A DNA stretch of 64,000 bases from the NCBI GenBank assembly GCA_047967505.1, contig CM106538.1, one strand, 5' to 3'. Shown here piece by piece: positions 34,860 through 48,769 of the stretch. A program made the position numbers and the translations under genes. Numbering within the stretch: the stretch's first letter is position 1; each line of letters begins with the position of its first letter. Source of the DNA: Dipteris shenzhenensis (lineage: Eukaryota). Below the pieces are notes generated by a model, which was not told the DNA's origin, searched no databases, and worked only from the letters and a program-made list of their open reading frames with translations.

Positions 34860-37800
34860 TGTTGAGATATCGAGCTCCACTCGTGATATGCCAGGGTGAC
34901 CGTTGTGCATTTATGTCACTGACTTGTTAGCTGCAGATGCGGTTGGTACACCGCCCATGAATAATAGCTAGATGATAGCTATCCTTATGTACTCTAGTTC
35001 GTGGCTCAGTTAGTATGCCACCTTAGTTAGCTGAGTTTGGTTTGAGACCCACATATAGGGTTCTTCTATTTCTTTGTACTAGAGTTCTTTTGGCTTTCAC
35101 AACTAAGAAGAGAAAAACTGTTTTCAGCCTCCACCTTTGTGTGTATTCCCCCATTGTGTATGTGAGAAAGCCGCAAGTTAGACTCCTTCCCTCTCTCCCA
35201 CTATCTTCACATGGTATTAGAGCCTAGTTCATGGTAAGGAGCTCAAGAAAGCAAACCAAGTTCACGGTGTCCTGGTAAGAGGACCAGTGTTGCTTTCCTT
35301 TTTTGAGTTTGGGAGCAAATCTCTGCAGGTAGCATAGCCGAAAGTGCAAGAGTGCACTGTCTCAGATTGAGATGCCCTTCGTGGTGTGGCGAGAGGGTAG
35401 TATATGCTGCGGGAGATGGCGAAGCCCTTGGTGACTTTATTTTTCTGATTCAAGGCCATTTCGGGGCCTGTTTTGAAGGCAGAAGTTCTTCACAGGCACT
35501 CAGAAAAAGGCCCTATTTTTGCTGTGTGACCATTGCTCTGCAGGTCGGTGAAAAGTTGCCGTAGAAATTGCATCGTATGCCTGTGCGTAGAGATGCTGGG
35601 AGTTATAGAATCATCCTTACTGCCTCTTGATGCAAAATCGTCACTAGGAAGTGACTGTGTGGTCAAATACCACTTTCATCAGTTTTGCAGATTTGCCCGT
35701 GTGAGGCAGAAGCTGTGTTCTTTGCAGTGACAGAATATTTTGTAGTGTTCTGTAATGGCGTCTGATTCTCTTTCACAGATTGTCACTGAAAAGCTTGACA
35801 AGAACAACTTCCAAGCATGGAAGTTTAGAATGACGAATTTCCTTATGGGAAAAGGCTATTGGGAGTTCATTACAGGAAATGAAGAAGAACCAGTTCTTCC
35901 TAATGTTCCCAATCAACAGGAAATGCAAGCATTTAAAGGATGGCATGGGAGAGCTAGAAAAGTTATGTACTGGCTGTCTATCAGTATTTCGGATTCTATG
36001 ATTGTGCATATTCAGGATGCAAGTATGCCAAAGGAGGCATGGGATACTTTGGCAAAAATGTACAGCACAAATACACAAGCCAGGAAAATGTAGCTCAAGC
36101 AGGAGTTGCACAATGTGCAGAGAGAAAATATGAGCATCAATGACTACCACATGAAGGTGAAGAAAATTGTAGATGCACTTGCTTCCATTGGGTCGCCAGT
36201 GGAAGATGATGATCTAGTTTCTATGACCTTTAATGGTCTAGGAAAGGATTATGCACAGTTCCGGACATCCATTGCCATCCGTTAAAAATTTCCTGATTTT
36301 GAGGAGTTCTTTGCTCTTCTAATTTCTGAAGGGCAGAGAAATGGTGGTGCATCTTCTTCAGGAGGAACTTCAAAAGAAACTGTCTTCTACTCAAATGCTG
36401 GAAGAGGTAGAGGCAGAGGTAGAGGAGGCCGATCTGGAGGCCATGGTAGAAATCAGAATATGCAGTAAACTCAAGAAAACCAGTCCTTTGGAGGAGGACG
36501 TGGTAACTCTAGAGGCAGGGGGAGCCAAAGAGGTCGTGGTGGATGGTAGAGAGGCCAAAACGCAAACAACAAAGTTGAATGCTACTATTGTGGTAAAATG
36601 GGTCATATGGCTAAAGACTGCTACAAAAAGCAGAATGACATTATGAATGGAAAATTGTAGCAAGGCAATTATGCATCTTCTAGTAGACAGGGTGATGACA
36701 GAAATGAGCATCTATTTATGGTGCAGCACATGACCAATTCTGTGACAAGTGCAGAAGAACGAAATGATGTGTGGTATGTTGACTCAGGTGTGTCAAACCA
36801 CATGACAGGTCATGCAAAATGGATGCAAGATGCAAGGAAAATGAAAAAACCAGGATTTGTGGAGACTGGTGATGATACTACACATCCTATTATGCAGATT
36901 GGTAAAATTCCTTTGTTTATGCAAGATGGGAAAAAGAAATACCTGTCTGATGTATTTCATGGCCCGAATATCACCAAGAACCTGGTTTCTATTGGTCAAA
37001 TGGTTGAGTAGGGCTTGCAGGTCAGATTTAATCCTCATGGATGCTTTGTTGAGGATATGAAAAATAACGGTCACTTGATAGCAAAAGGAAAGAAGAAGGG
37101 CAGGATGTTTACGTTGGATGCGGACATGCCTGAATTGAGTGCAGCAATGTTTGCACATGGGACCGGTGTTGTTGCAGATATTGATATCTGGCATAAACGC
37201 ATTGGTCATGTTAATGTACACCGACTTAAATCAATGCAGGCCCAAAATATTGTTGCAGGATTGCCTAAATTCAAGGTTGCAGAAATGCATAAGGTATGTG
37301 AAGCCTGTCAATTTGGAAAACATGCAAGGAAGCCATTTCCTAGGCATGTTCAAGAGAGTAAGAAGCCATTGGAATTAATCCACTCTGATGTGTGGATTAC
37401 TAAAGCTGCATCTATTGGAGGCTGTCATTATTTTGTCACTTTTATTGATGACTACAGCAGAAAAGTTTGGGTGCATTTTATGAAAAAGAAAAGTGAAGTG
37501 TTTGGGCATTTCAAAGCTTTTAAAGCTATGGTTGAAAAAGAAACAGGCCTGCAAATAAAATGCCTAAGGTCAGATGGAGGGGGAGAGTACCTCTCCAATG
37601 AGTTTGCAAAGTTCCTGCAGGAGCATGGCATAAAGCAACAATATTCATGCAGTCATACCCCACAGCAAAATGGACTTGCAGAAAGGAAAAACAGGCATAT
37701 TGGAGAGGTATCTCAGGCCATGCTAAATGAAAAAGACCTACCAGATTATTATTGGGCTGAAGCAGTTGCTACAACAGTTTACATAATGAACAAGACTCCC

Positions 37801-40405
37801 ATTGCAGCAATACATGGCATGATGCCAGAGGAGATGTATACTGGTAGGAAACCAGATATTTCTCATTTGAAAATTTTTTGTTGCATTGCCTATGTTCATG
37901 TGCCAGATGAGTTGAGGTCCAAGTTGGATCCAAAAGCTGAGAAGTGCATCTTTATTGGTTATTCTCTACATCAGAAAGGGTATAGATGCTATAACCCTTC
38001 TACTCGTAAGTTTACAGTGAGCACAGATGTTTTTGATGAGATGAGCAGCTGGTATAAACCAGTAAATGTGATGATTGATGTAGATGCACAAAATGGTAAT
38101 GCTGCACAAAATTCATAGTAGCAATCACAAAATATTAGTGGACCTGCAGTGTCCTCTAGCAGTGGTTCACATACTTTGCCATGGATAGGCAGATTGAGAT
38201 CCGGAGAATCTCCTCAAAGCAATGCAAATAGTGGTATGCAGGTATCATGAAAAGGAAAAGAGAACGTAGATCAGCCCATGTTTGATGTGAATGCAGGTCA
38301 CTCTTATGTGGATGGTGAATCCAGTGGCTCAGAATAGAGCATTGATGATGAGTTGGGTATTCCTTTTGTTGTTACACCTGGAGTAAGGAAGACCAGGGAT
38401 TTTTTGAAAGCACCTAGAAGTGAGCCTATTTTGCGTAGGTCTACCAGAGCTAGGTATCCTATGGACAGGCTGAAATATGATGGATATACAGCCATTCACT
38501 ATGCCTATATGGTCAAAGTGATACAGGAACCAGAACCTACTTCTTTTGAGCAAGCCATAGGAAAAGAAAAATGGGAGAAAGCCATGGATGAGGAAATGGA
38601 TGCCTTAGAAGCAAATGCTACATGGGAATTGGTGCCTTTGCCTAAAGACAAGAATGCAATTAGCTGTAAGTGGGTTTATAAGGTGAAGCACAATGCAGAT
38701 GGTTCTATGAACAGATACAAGGCAAGATTAGTTGTCAAGGTGTATGCACAGACATATGGCATTGATTATGAAGAAACATTCAGTCTGGTTATAAGGATGG
38801 CAACCGTAAGAGCAGTCATTGCTATGGCTGCATCAAAGGGATGGTCTCTACATCAAACGGATGTAAAGAATGCCTTCTTGCATGGTGATTTGCAAGAAGA
38901 GGTATTTATGGAGCAGCCACCAGGTTATGTTCATGCTATTCATCCTGAGTTTGTTTGCAGGTTGAAGAAAGCCTTGTATGGCTTGAAGCAAGCACCTAGA
39001 GCATGGTCTGACAAGATAGGATAGTATCTTGTCACTATTGGCTTTCAGATTTCCAAGGCAAATTTCTCACTTTATGTGAGAAAAACAGAGAAAGGTATTA
39101 TGTTGCTTGTCATTTATGTTGATGATTTGATCATCACTGGTGATGGTGATGAAGATATCCTTCATGTGAAAATGCTATTGAAGTAGAAGTTTGAGATGAA
39201 GGAATTGGGAGAGCTGCATTATTTCTTGGGCATTGAGGTGATTAGATCACTAAGTGGGATACGGCTCTTGCAGAGGCAGTATGGATTGGACATGCTGTCC
39301 AAATATGGGATGACAGCCTGTAAGCCTATTTCAGTTCCTTTGGAGCAGAATGTGAAGCTGAGCGCAGATGCAGGTGAGCTTCTGAAAGACCCTACTATGT
39401 ACAGATGCATAGTAGGAAGTTTGATTTATATGACTATTACCAGGCCAGATTTGAGCTATGCTATTGGATTGGTAAGTCAGTTTATGCAGGCTCCAAGGAA
39501 ACCGCATTTGGATGCGGCTAGATGCATACTCAGGTATGTGAAGTCCACATTGCATTATGGACTATTTTATGAGGCTAGGGTTCAGATACAGTTGCATGGA
39601 TACACTGATGCTGATTGGGCTGGTAGTATTTCTAATAGATGATCTACCAGTGGATATCTGTTCTCTTTTGGGAGTGCTGCAGTAACTTAGAGCAATAAGA
39701 AATAGCCTACAATTGCCTTGTCGAGCACAGAGGCTGAGTATAGGGGTGCAACAGTGGCTGCATGTGAGGTAGCTTGGTTGCATAAGCTACTTTATGATAT
39801 GCATCAGTCTATAGATGGGCCAGTTGTCATTTATTGTGACAACATGAGCAGTATACACTTGGCAAATAACCCAGTCTATCATGCTAGAACAAAGCACATT
39901 GAGGTGCATTATCACTATGTGCGAGAGAAGGTTTTACTAGGTCTTATTGATCTAGTTTATGTCAGCACAGAGGATCAAGTAGCTGACATATTCACGAAGG
40001 CATTGGGCGCAGAGAAGCTATGCAAGTTCAGAGACCTACTTGGTGTGCAGGAATTGGGATTGAGCTCGAGGGGGAGTGTTGAGATATCGAGCTCCACTCG
40101 TGATATGCCAGGGTGACCGTTGTGCATTTATGTCACCGACTTGTTAGCTACAGATGCGGTTGGTACACCGCTCATGAATAATAGCTGGATGACAACTATC
40201 CTTATGTACTCTAGTTCGTGGCTCAGTTAGTATGCCACCTTAGTTAGCTGAGTTTGGTTTGAGACCCACATATAGGGTTCTTCTATTTCTTTGTACTAGA
40301 GTTCTTTTGGCTTTCACAACTAAGAAGATAAAAAGTGTTTTCAGCCTCCACCTTTGTGTGTATTCCCCCATTGTGTATGTGAGAAAGCCGCAAGTGAGAC
40401 TCCTT
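34860..40405 (+). mobile_element. Near full-length Ty1/copia element (5' LTR 34860-~35210, PBS 35212-35223, PPT 40068-40076, 3' LTR 40077-40405 lacking its last ~20 bp)
   Basis: Highly similar LTRs start TGTTGAGATATC. PBS tggtattagagc. Domain order gag-PR-IN-RT-RH. Confidence 0.96.
35755..40116 (+). pseudogene. copia gag-pol polyprotein with many premature stops
   Basis: CYYCGKMGHMAKDC, WYVDSG, FIDDYSR, YVDD, GYTDADWAG and ADIFTKAL, interrupted by more than 10 in-frame stops. Confidence 0.95.
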
Positions 40406-41229
40406 GGAAAAGATGGAAGCAGAGCTGGAATGTACCACAAAATATTTCAATTTGGTGAGAATGCACCATGTATGGATCATAGAGCAATTAGAGGTAGGAG
40501 CTGCATTTAACATTCATATGTATCACTTGATGGAGGAGTTATTAAAGCATGGGTTGTAGGTTCTCGTCCCTATAGCAATACAACATCCAACATGCTCTGA
40601 AAGTATACCAATGGTCATTAAAAAGTAAGATAGATTTTTCCATTGACATAATTTGTGTTTTATCTTAAGCCCTAGGTCATTGCAGTTAGTATGTACTAAC
40701 CCTTTCTATACATATGTAGTTGTGTATTATGTGGGCTTGGATTTAGTACAGACTCTATTGACATGGTGTTCGCACCACCCTCCTACACACATACCACATG
40801 GTGTGTGCAACAGTTCATTTTTTTTAGTATACCAAGTGCATTCTTCCATCCTGCAAGAAGAGTATTTTAGAAGATTGGGTGGTTGCCATGGAATTCAAAA
40901 ATATTGGTAAGTTTTGTTTGCAACATGTGTGCTAAAATTCCTTTTTTATAAGTAATGTGTACAATCTATGATATAGAAGAATACCAATATAGAACTTGGC
41001 AGCATAAAAACTAATCTATTATAACTTAGCTTCAAAAGTACTATGTTAGCATTATAGGTTGATGAATGTACTCTTAGTATTCCTTCTACTGATCATACTA
41101 ACATAGTGCTATGTTAGAATTATAGGATGATTGTATCATTCAACACTATATATGTTGATTGAATTTAGTATAGCCTTACATTAATTGTCCTAGTTTTAGT
41201 ACTATGTATACTAATGGTGATGCATTAGA

Positions 41230-41595
41230 TCTAAATTTGGCACCAATATAGTACTAATATAACACTATTCCATTATTAATATACTCTTAATATAGTAGAT
41301 GATAATGCCTACCAACATAGTACTATTACAATACTAACATAGCACTATTTGTTTCTATTCTAGTACTAACATAATAGAGCACTACTATAGTACTCATATA
41401 GTACTATATTAATACTAATATAGTACTATTTGTTTCTATTTAATACGAAAATAGTAGAATATAATGCCTACTACTATTACAATTTACATAGCACTATTTG
41501 TTTCTATTCTAGCACTAATATATTAGAGTAATAATATAGTATTGATATAGTACTCATATTAATACTAATATAGTACTATCTCTGTTTCTATATAA
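41230..41595. repeat. AT-rich degenerate minisatellite (atagtactaat motif)
   Basis: Repeated atagtact/atagcact and tttgtttctatt motifs. Confidence 0.8.
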
Positions 41596-41599
41596 TGGT

Positions 41600-42315
41600 G
41601 CCTAAACCAGATCGGTGGTTGTTTGTGATTGAGATTTGGGATAGCTTACTTGTTTCTTTTCTTAAACTAGGCTTGGACTAAATGTGATTATCCTAAACTA
41701 GCCCGAGGGTTCGAACATCATGCAAATGTAGGCTAGTTTAGCTCAATCATCAGTGATGTGATTGTCCTGAACCAGTGTGGTTGAACATACATTAGTTGTT
41801 GTCCAGCCCGATGGCATGGTTGAGCAGAAATTAACAGCAATATATTTAATATATTGTTATTTTACTAAACCAGCCCGGTGGTTGGAACATCATGTAACCA
41901 TGGCTACTTTAGCTCAATCACCAATTATGTGATTGTCCTGAACCAGCATGGTTGAACAGACATTAGTTATTGACCAGCCCAGTGGTTGAAATTATTGTGT
42001 TTCTTAGTACTTAAATTCATTAAATTTAATTTCCTGCTATTTGAGTAATATACCACTATTAAATTGTGGAATTCAGAAATGAAAAGCAATATATTGTTAT
42101 TTTCTAATGGTGAAATTCAGAAATGAAAAGCAATATACTTGTTATTGTCTAATATGTGAAGTTGAGACTGTCAGGCTAAACCATCTCGGTGGTTGAAACT
42201 ATGATAGTGTCCTAAACCATCCAGGTGGTTGAAATTGTGACTATCCTAAACGTGTCCTAAACCAGCCCAGTGATTGAAATTGTGGCTGTCCTAAACCAAC
42301 GCGGTGGTTGAAAAT
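41600..42315. repeat. Dispersed/tandem gtcctaaaccagcccggtggttg repeat cluster
   Basis: More than 10 degenerate copies. The same family occurs at ~52000-52470. Confidence 0.8.
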
Positions 42316-42479
42316 TATTTTGCTTCATTATATACTTTAATTAGACTGTGTTTTGTATTCTTTTAGTAGTAGAAAAAAGGGGGTTCATTGTTCTGTTGTT
42401 CCCGCATGTTGGGTCAATAGCAGATAGAGTTGTATCTCAAGTTTGTGGATCAAAATCAGGATATTTCAATTGGGCAGAG

Positions 42480-43640
42480 GAGCTTTGAGCATTGTAAGCC
42501 CTGGTACATTAGAAAACTCAAAGACATGAATGTTTGTTGTTGCAAAACACACATAGACTTTGACCTGGCCTAGCAAGCTATGAATGACTTGAGATCCGGT
42601 CATGTTGGAGCATTGCTCCATGGAGATTTCATAGTCTATAGGCCACCTGGATCCTCATCATGTGTTGCAAGGGAGGGTAGGTTTTGTAGCCTATGGTCTT
42701 TTTGGGAGCCAGTGGTTTGTCCAAAGGGAGACCGTGAGTGGCACAGGATTGAATGCATTCGCGGCATGCAAGCATTGTAGTTTGAAGCTGAAGAAGAAGA
42801 CATTCAATGTCTGTCTAAATAAAATGAGGGAAGACAACCACATTGCTCTAAAATGGAGGAGATTTAAAAATTTCAATGTTGAATGATCCGTCAAAAAGAG
42901 ATGGCTACTGTCATATAAGAGCACCCAGCCAAGGGAGCTTGTAGGTTTCGTGGTTCAATCCATCCCAAAATATGTGCTTCACAATTTCACGACCAACTGG
43001 TAGGATAAGCAATTCAGGACATGCCTTGCCAATTTTCCCGGTGACACTATTGTATTTGTTATAGATTTTGCAAAAAATTATTCTTTTCAAGAACAAGATG
43101 AGATACAAAGTGTTCACTGGTACAACAAGCAGATAACAATTCTTGTGCATATCACGTATAATCATTTGCTTAATTCTTCCATGCTTGATGCCAATCTACT
43201 TGCTGACTCACAAGAGTCTAGGTCAGTGCAATGCACTTACCATTTCTACATTTCAGATGATAGGAACATGACACCCTCTATTCGTGCAACATGCTTTTCT
43301 ACTGCATTGGGAATGGATGAAAAAGGAAAACCCCCATGTAGAAAATATAAAACAACATTGGGTGTGGTCAGATGGTGCCGCCTCTCAATTTAAATCAGCA
43401 CGTGGATTCCACTTCATCTCAAGGTTCAAATCCCTGACCGGTTTAGACATGATGTGGAATTTCTTTGGGTCTAGCCATGGCAAGGGTGAACATGATCGGA
43501 TGCCTATCCTGCTATGCAACAAGGTCCGAAATGCATGGTCTGCTTTACCCCCATCATAGATTATTGTTGTATCCAATGGCCTGCATGCTACCACCCTGTG
43601 CACGTTTTTTGATTTGGAGTGTTTGTGCATACAAAATTAC
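42480..43640 (+). pseudogene. Sola-like DDE transposase remnant
   Basis: KPWYIRKLKDMNVCCCKTH, IDFAKNYSFQEQDEIQSVHW, ISDD, WSDGAASQFKS and WNFFGSSHGKGEHD, in broken frames. Confidence 0.75.
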
Positions 43641-45138
43641 TATGTAGAGAATGCCATTTGCCATTGCCCAAGTCATGGACAAATCAAATGTGCCTGCCAA
43701 CTACAGCTATCTATGATGAGAAAGTAGATGCTGTAGCTCAATTTGCCATTTGGGCAAAAGATCTTAAAGACAAGGAGCTCAAATTGAAGAAGGCCAATGA
43801 CTGCGAGGAAAAGGAGCCCGAAGGGAGGAACCAGCCCCCTTCATGAAAGGAGAAAGAAGGGCCGAGATTGCAACCAAGAAGCTCCAATCAAGGAAAGAGG
43901 AAGCAGCATGAAGGGAAGGGCCGAGCCAAAATATGAAGGAACCAGCCCCATTCTAAAAAGGAGCAAGGAGGGCCGAGCTTGCAATCAGGGAGCTCAACAA
44001 GGAGTCCTTGAGATGTAATCTGAAGGAAAGGAGTCTTTGAGATTGTAATCTATGTAATCTGTGTGTAATCTATTCAAGTGTTAATCTTCTCTAGAGTTTA
44101 CTTGGGCAATGTTTTCTCAGCTAAGTGACTAGATAGTGTCCTTTGATCCACGCCAGCGTGGTGATAATAATGAGACGAAAGATTTCAATTTGACACGTAA
44201 TATGAGACGAAAGATTTCGATTAGATCACTAATGTGAGACTGAAAGATTTTGATTAGTGAACCATTGTACCACAAAAGATTTCGATTAGACAACTAATGT
44301 GAGATGAAAGATTTAGATTAGACAACTAACATGTGACTGAAGAATGAGAAGGTCGGGCTCAATGAACTCTCTCCCTATTTAAGTGCACTGCAGACACAAC
44401 TAAGAGCCCATTACAAAATCTAGCCCCAAAACTTTGTACATCGATCCAAATTTTGTACACCGGTCCACCTACTGTGAATCTATGGCATACCCAAAAGACT
44501 CTAGAATGCTTTTGTTCTATCTGAAAATGATGTTGGATGAAATCCTTGCAGAAACAAACTCGGAGAAGAAGGAGGAAAATAGCTGCAAGGAGGACATGCT
44601 TTGGTGGTGGGTTTATTACTTGGAGTCAGCACAAACAGTGAATATTAATTTCCATGGCTATTGTTTTTCCTATTTCTTTAATGTACTTGTCAAGCTCATG
44701 ATGTAGGTTTCTTTTGACAGGACATGATAGAGGCACGAAGATGTATAGACCGCAAAGACCAGGATGAAGAGGACCCCCAGCGAAAGGAGTTACTATGGGC
44801 ATATAAGTCAGCAGAGTCAAGCAAGCAAAGTGTAATTTGAGTGTGTGAAGAGGTCTACCATTGTGCAGTAGACTGGCCTCAAGAGCTAGGAGATGCTTGC
44901 TATAGAGAGGTTGATAAGATTGTTGGGAGTCTGGAATTTCCTTAAAAAAGAAAAATGTCATTGCGTTTTGAAATAATAAAAATCTTGCAAACATTTCTTG
45001 AACTTGTGGATATTCTCATGGTGCTCGTAATACCTGATTTTGTATCGACCTGCTTCCATGTTAGTACTTAAATGTTTTAAGTAGCCTGCTGGTTGAAATT
45101 TGACAGTTAACTATACCCAGTCTAAAGGGCACTAGCAC

Positions 45139-45434
45139 CAAGGATGTTTTTATCAAAGCTATGCTTGTATATTAATATTAAATCTTGGCGAAAGTTTATC
45201 GAGCTAGTTTTTTTAGTTTCACTATATTTGTATAACATATTACAAATTTATATATTTTCTTTTAAATTTTAAAGAAAAACTTGTAAATCCTAGCAAAACT
45301 TTAAATTTATTCTCATAAAAGTTTCAAATCTTGGCGAATTTTTCAAGCCTTTATTTTTATTAGGGCATAAAACTTTCGACACCAATATAAAAGTTTCATT
45401 TCTTTACGAAACTAATAGGAAAAAATCATCTATG
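45139..45434. mobile_element. hAT-like MITE, 296 bp, 8-bp TSD actagcac
   Basis: TSD at 45131-45138 and 45435-45442. Imperfect TIRs caaggatgtttt / aaaatcatctatg; AT-rich interior. Confidence 0.75.
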
Positions 45435-45499
45435 ACTAGCACTGTGCAACAAATTTTCGGATAGCACGACAGTAGTGTAGGGATATCATGGTAGTAGTG

Positions 45500-46900
45500 C
45501 AGGAGAAGTTATCATAAGGCTGTGGATGTTCTCCTTCATCTCCTCCACTTTTTTCTCACTCTATGCAATAGGGTCATCTCAATCCCTCAGCATCTATTGA
45601 ACCTACGTAAATTGCTGAAAAACATCTTCATGGGCGGTTTCCAAGACTTCCACTCTAGTTTGGAAATCTTGCAGGACGACAGACTGCTTTTCATAACTGT
45701 CGAAAGCCACAGCAAGCTTGTGCAAACATCTATGGTGATCTTCTTGCAGGGTATTGTAGCTTGCTCTTCGGACTTCCAACAATGTTTCAAAAAAACAACC
45801 CTCACCGTGGCTGTTGCAAATTGCTCCACCATGGTGCTGGAACTTCCTCCACCGTGGCTGCTCTCTACATCCTTCCTGGCCTAGGGAGCTGCCCCGTTGT
45901 CTTCTCCACCCCGGCTACTCTCTGCCCCATCCTTCCTAGCCTTGAAGCTCTCTCACAATTCCTGCATCACCTTTTTGGTTTCTGCATTCTCCCTTTTCAC
46001 CTCCTCCATCATCTGGTCTTTTTTAATGTTCAATGCATTCTGCATGTTGCAGAGCCGTTTGTAAAGAACCTCGTTTTTTACTCTCTAATCTTCAAGGTCC
46101 TTTTGCATCTTTTCTAGCTCCTTGTCTGCCATGTCATTTCTCACTTCTTCAGGCCTATCTCAAAGCTCCTTCATGTGCTTCTCTGCTTCTTCTCTTCTAT
46201 GCCTTTCCATGTTGATCAATTTCATAGCAGCCTCAACTTACTCTTATGCCTGCAAGGCCCTCGCTTGTGCCTCATCTACCTTAGCTTCTATACCTTCCCT
46301 GAGACTTTTCTCAAGTTGCGCTGCCTTTGCTGCAACGGTGGCTTTCTCTTGTAGAAAAGTCACCTTTTGAGAGATCTACTTCTCGTATTGCTCAAAAATC
46401 CCTTTGAGGGTAGATGCCATCAGGTGCATTGCAGCTCTAACAAACTGAGATGACAATTGGGATTTGCCATCCACGCAATTCTTCAGGTTGGTTAACATAC
46501 TCTTGGAGATCGCCCTTGAAAAAGATGCATCACATCCTTTCAGTTGCTCTACTGCTACTTGAACCTACCAGAACTTGCAGGTTCCTCTCTTGGAGGTTTG
46601 TTAGAAAGTTCAAAATCTTGACTCCACCATCTTTACTAATTTGAGCATTGGGGTATACGTCTATAATATCCTGTCTCTTCTACTGCTTCTCAAAAAAGTG
46701 TGCTTGTGAACTGCCTCCATAAATTCCTAGAGCCTTTTCAATCACTCTTTCATTGATGGTAATCTTCTAACCTTGACAGACTAGTTGCCCCTCCTTCACG
46801 TGCACCTCCTACACCATCCTAGTGAAGTTTTGGAGAGCATCCAAATTGGGCTTTTGAATAGGGAGAGAAGAGGTCCCATATGTCATGATTTCAAGATCAG
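45500..46900 (-). pseudogene. Decayed coiled-coil/charged ORF, possibly a retrotransposon accessory ORF
   Basis: The minus strand is purine-rich with E/K-rich codon texture and many stops. No recognisable motif. Confidence 0.35.
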
Positions 46901-48534
46901 GGGAGGAGGGACTCTCACACTATGCTACAAAGGGGGAGGAAAGATTGTGTGAGTAGCTCCCAAACTATGCAGGGTCCATTACGAGAGGGGATAGAAGTTG
47001 CAGGAAGAGTGCAAGGAAGAAAGAAATGGTCAAGAGGGATAGAATATAAATGGAATAGTGGAGGCTTGAGATTGCAAGGGAGAACGAAACGTTTGAGAGG
47101 GATAGAAGAGGAAACGGTTAAGGGAATGGAATAGTGGTTTAAAGCCTGACTACATTGTCAAGGCGAGGCCACTGTACTGGTTGTAGCTAGAGACTACTGT
47201 CAAGGTGAGAGCCACCACTGTGGTTGTCCGAAATTTTGAATAATTCAAGGCAGTAGTATTGACTGGCATGGTAATGAATGATTAGAGGTGGTGGCATCTA
47301 AGGTTCCTAGCCATGTCTATGGTGGCAGCTAAGATCCACCATGCTGTCAGTTAATTACTAGCCATCGCAGTGGCCTGCAATTACTCAGCTTCTAGTTACC
47401 ACCACCGGGCTTGCATGCATGATTACTACCAGTGCAGTAAATTATGGTAATGAGGGATTAGAGGTGATTAGGCTTCATGATTTACTTTTGTGGGAATTGC
47501 TGCCCAATGGTGGTGGCTATCATTAGCCACGTCTATCGTGGCTATGATTCCACCGTGCCACCGCTCACCGACCACCGCACTTTAGCATGCATGATCACTA
47601 CGAGTGTAGTAAAAATTACCAGTCACGGGGCTCGCATGCTCAGTAGAGAACTAGAGTCCATGACCATATGAGTGATTAGACATGGTAATGAGAATTACTA
47701 CCCGGTGGTGGTGGCTCTCATCAGCCACGTCTGTCATGGCTAAGATTCCACCGAGCTAGCAATTAATTACTAGCCACCGGAGTGGCACCACATGGCATCT
47801 TCTTCATGATTACCAGCCTGTCTGGGGGATTCCACCACGGTGGCCTACAATTAGTATAGATGAAACCCCGGGCTCCAACCACCGTGGTGCCTCAAACTTT
47901 ATAATATATATAAGATTTGTGGCATTTGGTATTTTACTACATTGCTTTGTTCCGCCCATGCTCTGCTACTTTGCTCCACACCCCTCCTCTAGCTCTTTTC
48001 TGCCCCTGCTCTAGTTTGCTCCATGGTCCCTCCTCCAACTCTCGTCACTGCATCTGCTCCCCATCTTTTGCTCACCCACTCATCTTCAACATGCCTAGTA
48101 CCACCCCCCTCGATGCTCTATGATTCCAATAATGTATGCCTTCTCATATAAGGTGATTGCGTTCCGCTCACCTGGAGTAGAAATACTAGCACTAGTGGAG
48201 ACCCTTTGTTCCCATAGGTGACTCCCTACACATATGAATGTCATCACCTTAGATAACATGCTCACAGAGGGCCTCTTTATGGCTTTGTGTATGGGTTCCC
48301 CCTAGATGTCAACGAAGGCCTCAATATTTTTAGAGCAAAGTACTCTCGACTTGCTGGGGGGGCCATAATCTGAGTCTTGGCAATGTGCATGGTCTTTGTA
48401 CTCTCCATCGTATCCGCCTTTGGCTTCCTAAAAGTTTTTAATGCAACAAGCTAGACTAGCAGAAAACTGAGTTGTAAAAATTCCCTCTTGCTCAGACGAG
48501 GCTCTCAGCAATGGCTGGATGTAATCTTTTGGTT

Positions 48535-48645
48535 GTATATGTATGTATGTATATACATACATTTGCTTGTATGTACATATGCATGTATGCATATGTATAT
48601 ATATATGTATGTGTATATGTATATGTATATGTACATGTATACATC
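48535..48645. repeat. (TATG/TATATG)n microsatellite
   Basis: Direct reading. Confidence 0.95.
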
Positions 48646-48769
48646 CATCGTATTGGTTACAACTTATACCATGTTGGCTGTGTCTATTGCATAGGTTTTC
48701 AATGTATTCTTTACAATTTGTTGCACTGGTAGATGGATCCATATTTAGATATATGGCTGAGAATCTAAC

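Noticed and set aside
43643-44718. Possible gypsy solo LTR (TG...CA, TATA-like at ~44375)
   Set aside because: No TSD, PBS or second LTR found, so the boundaries are unsupported.
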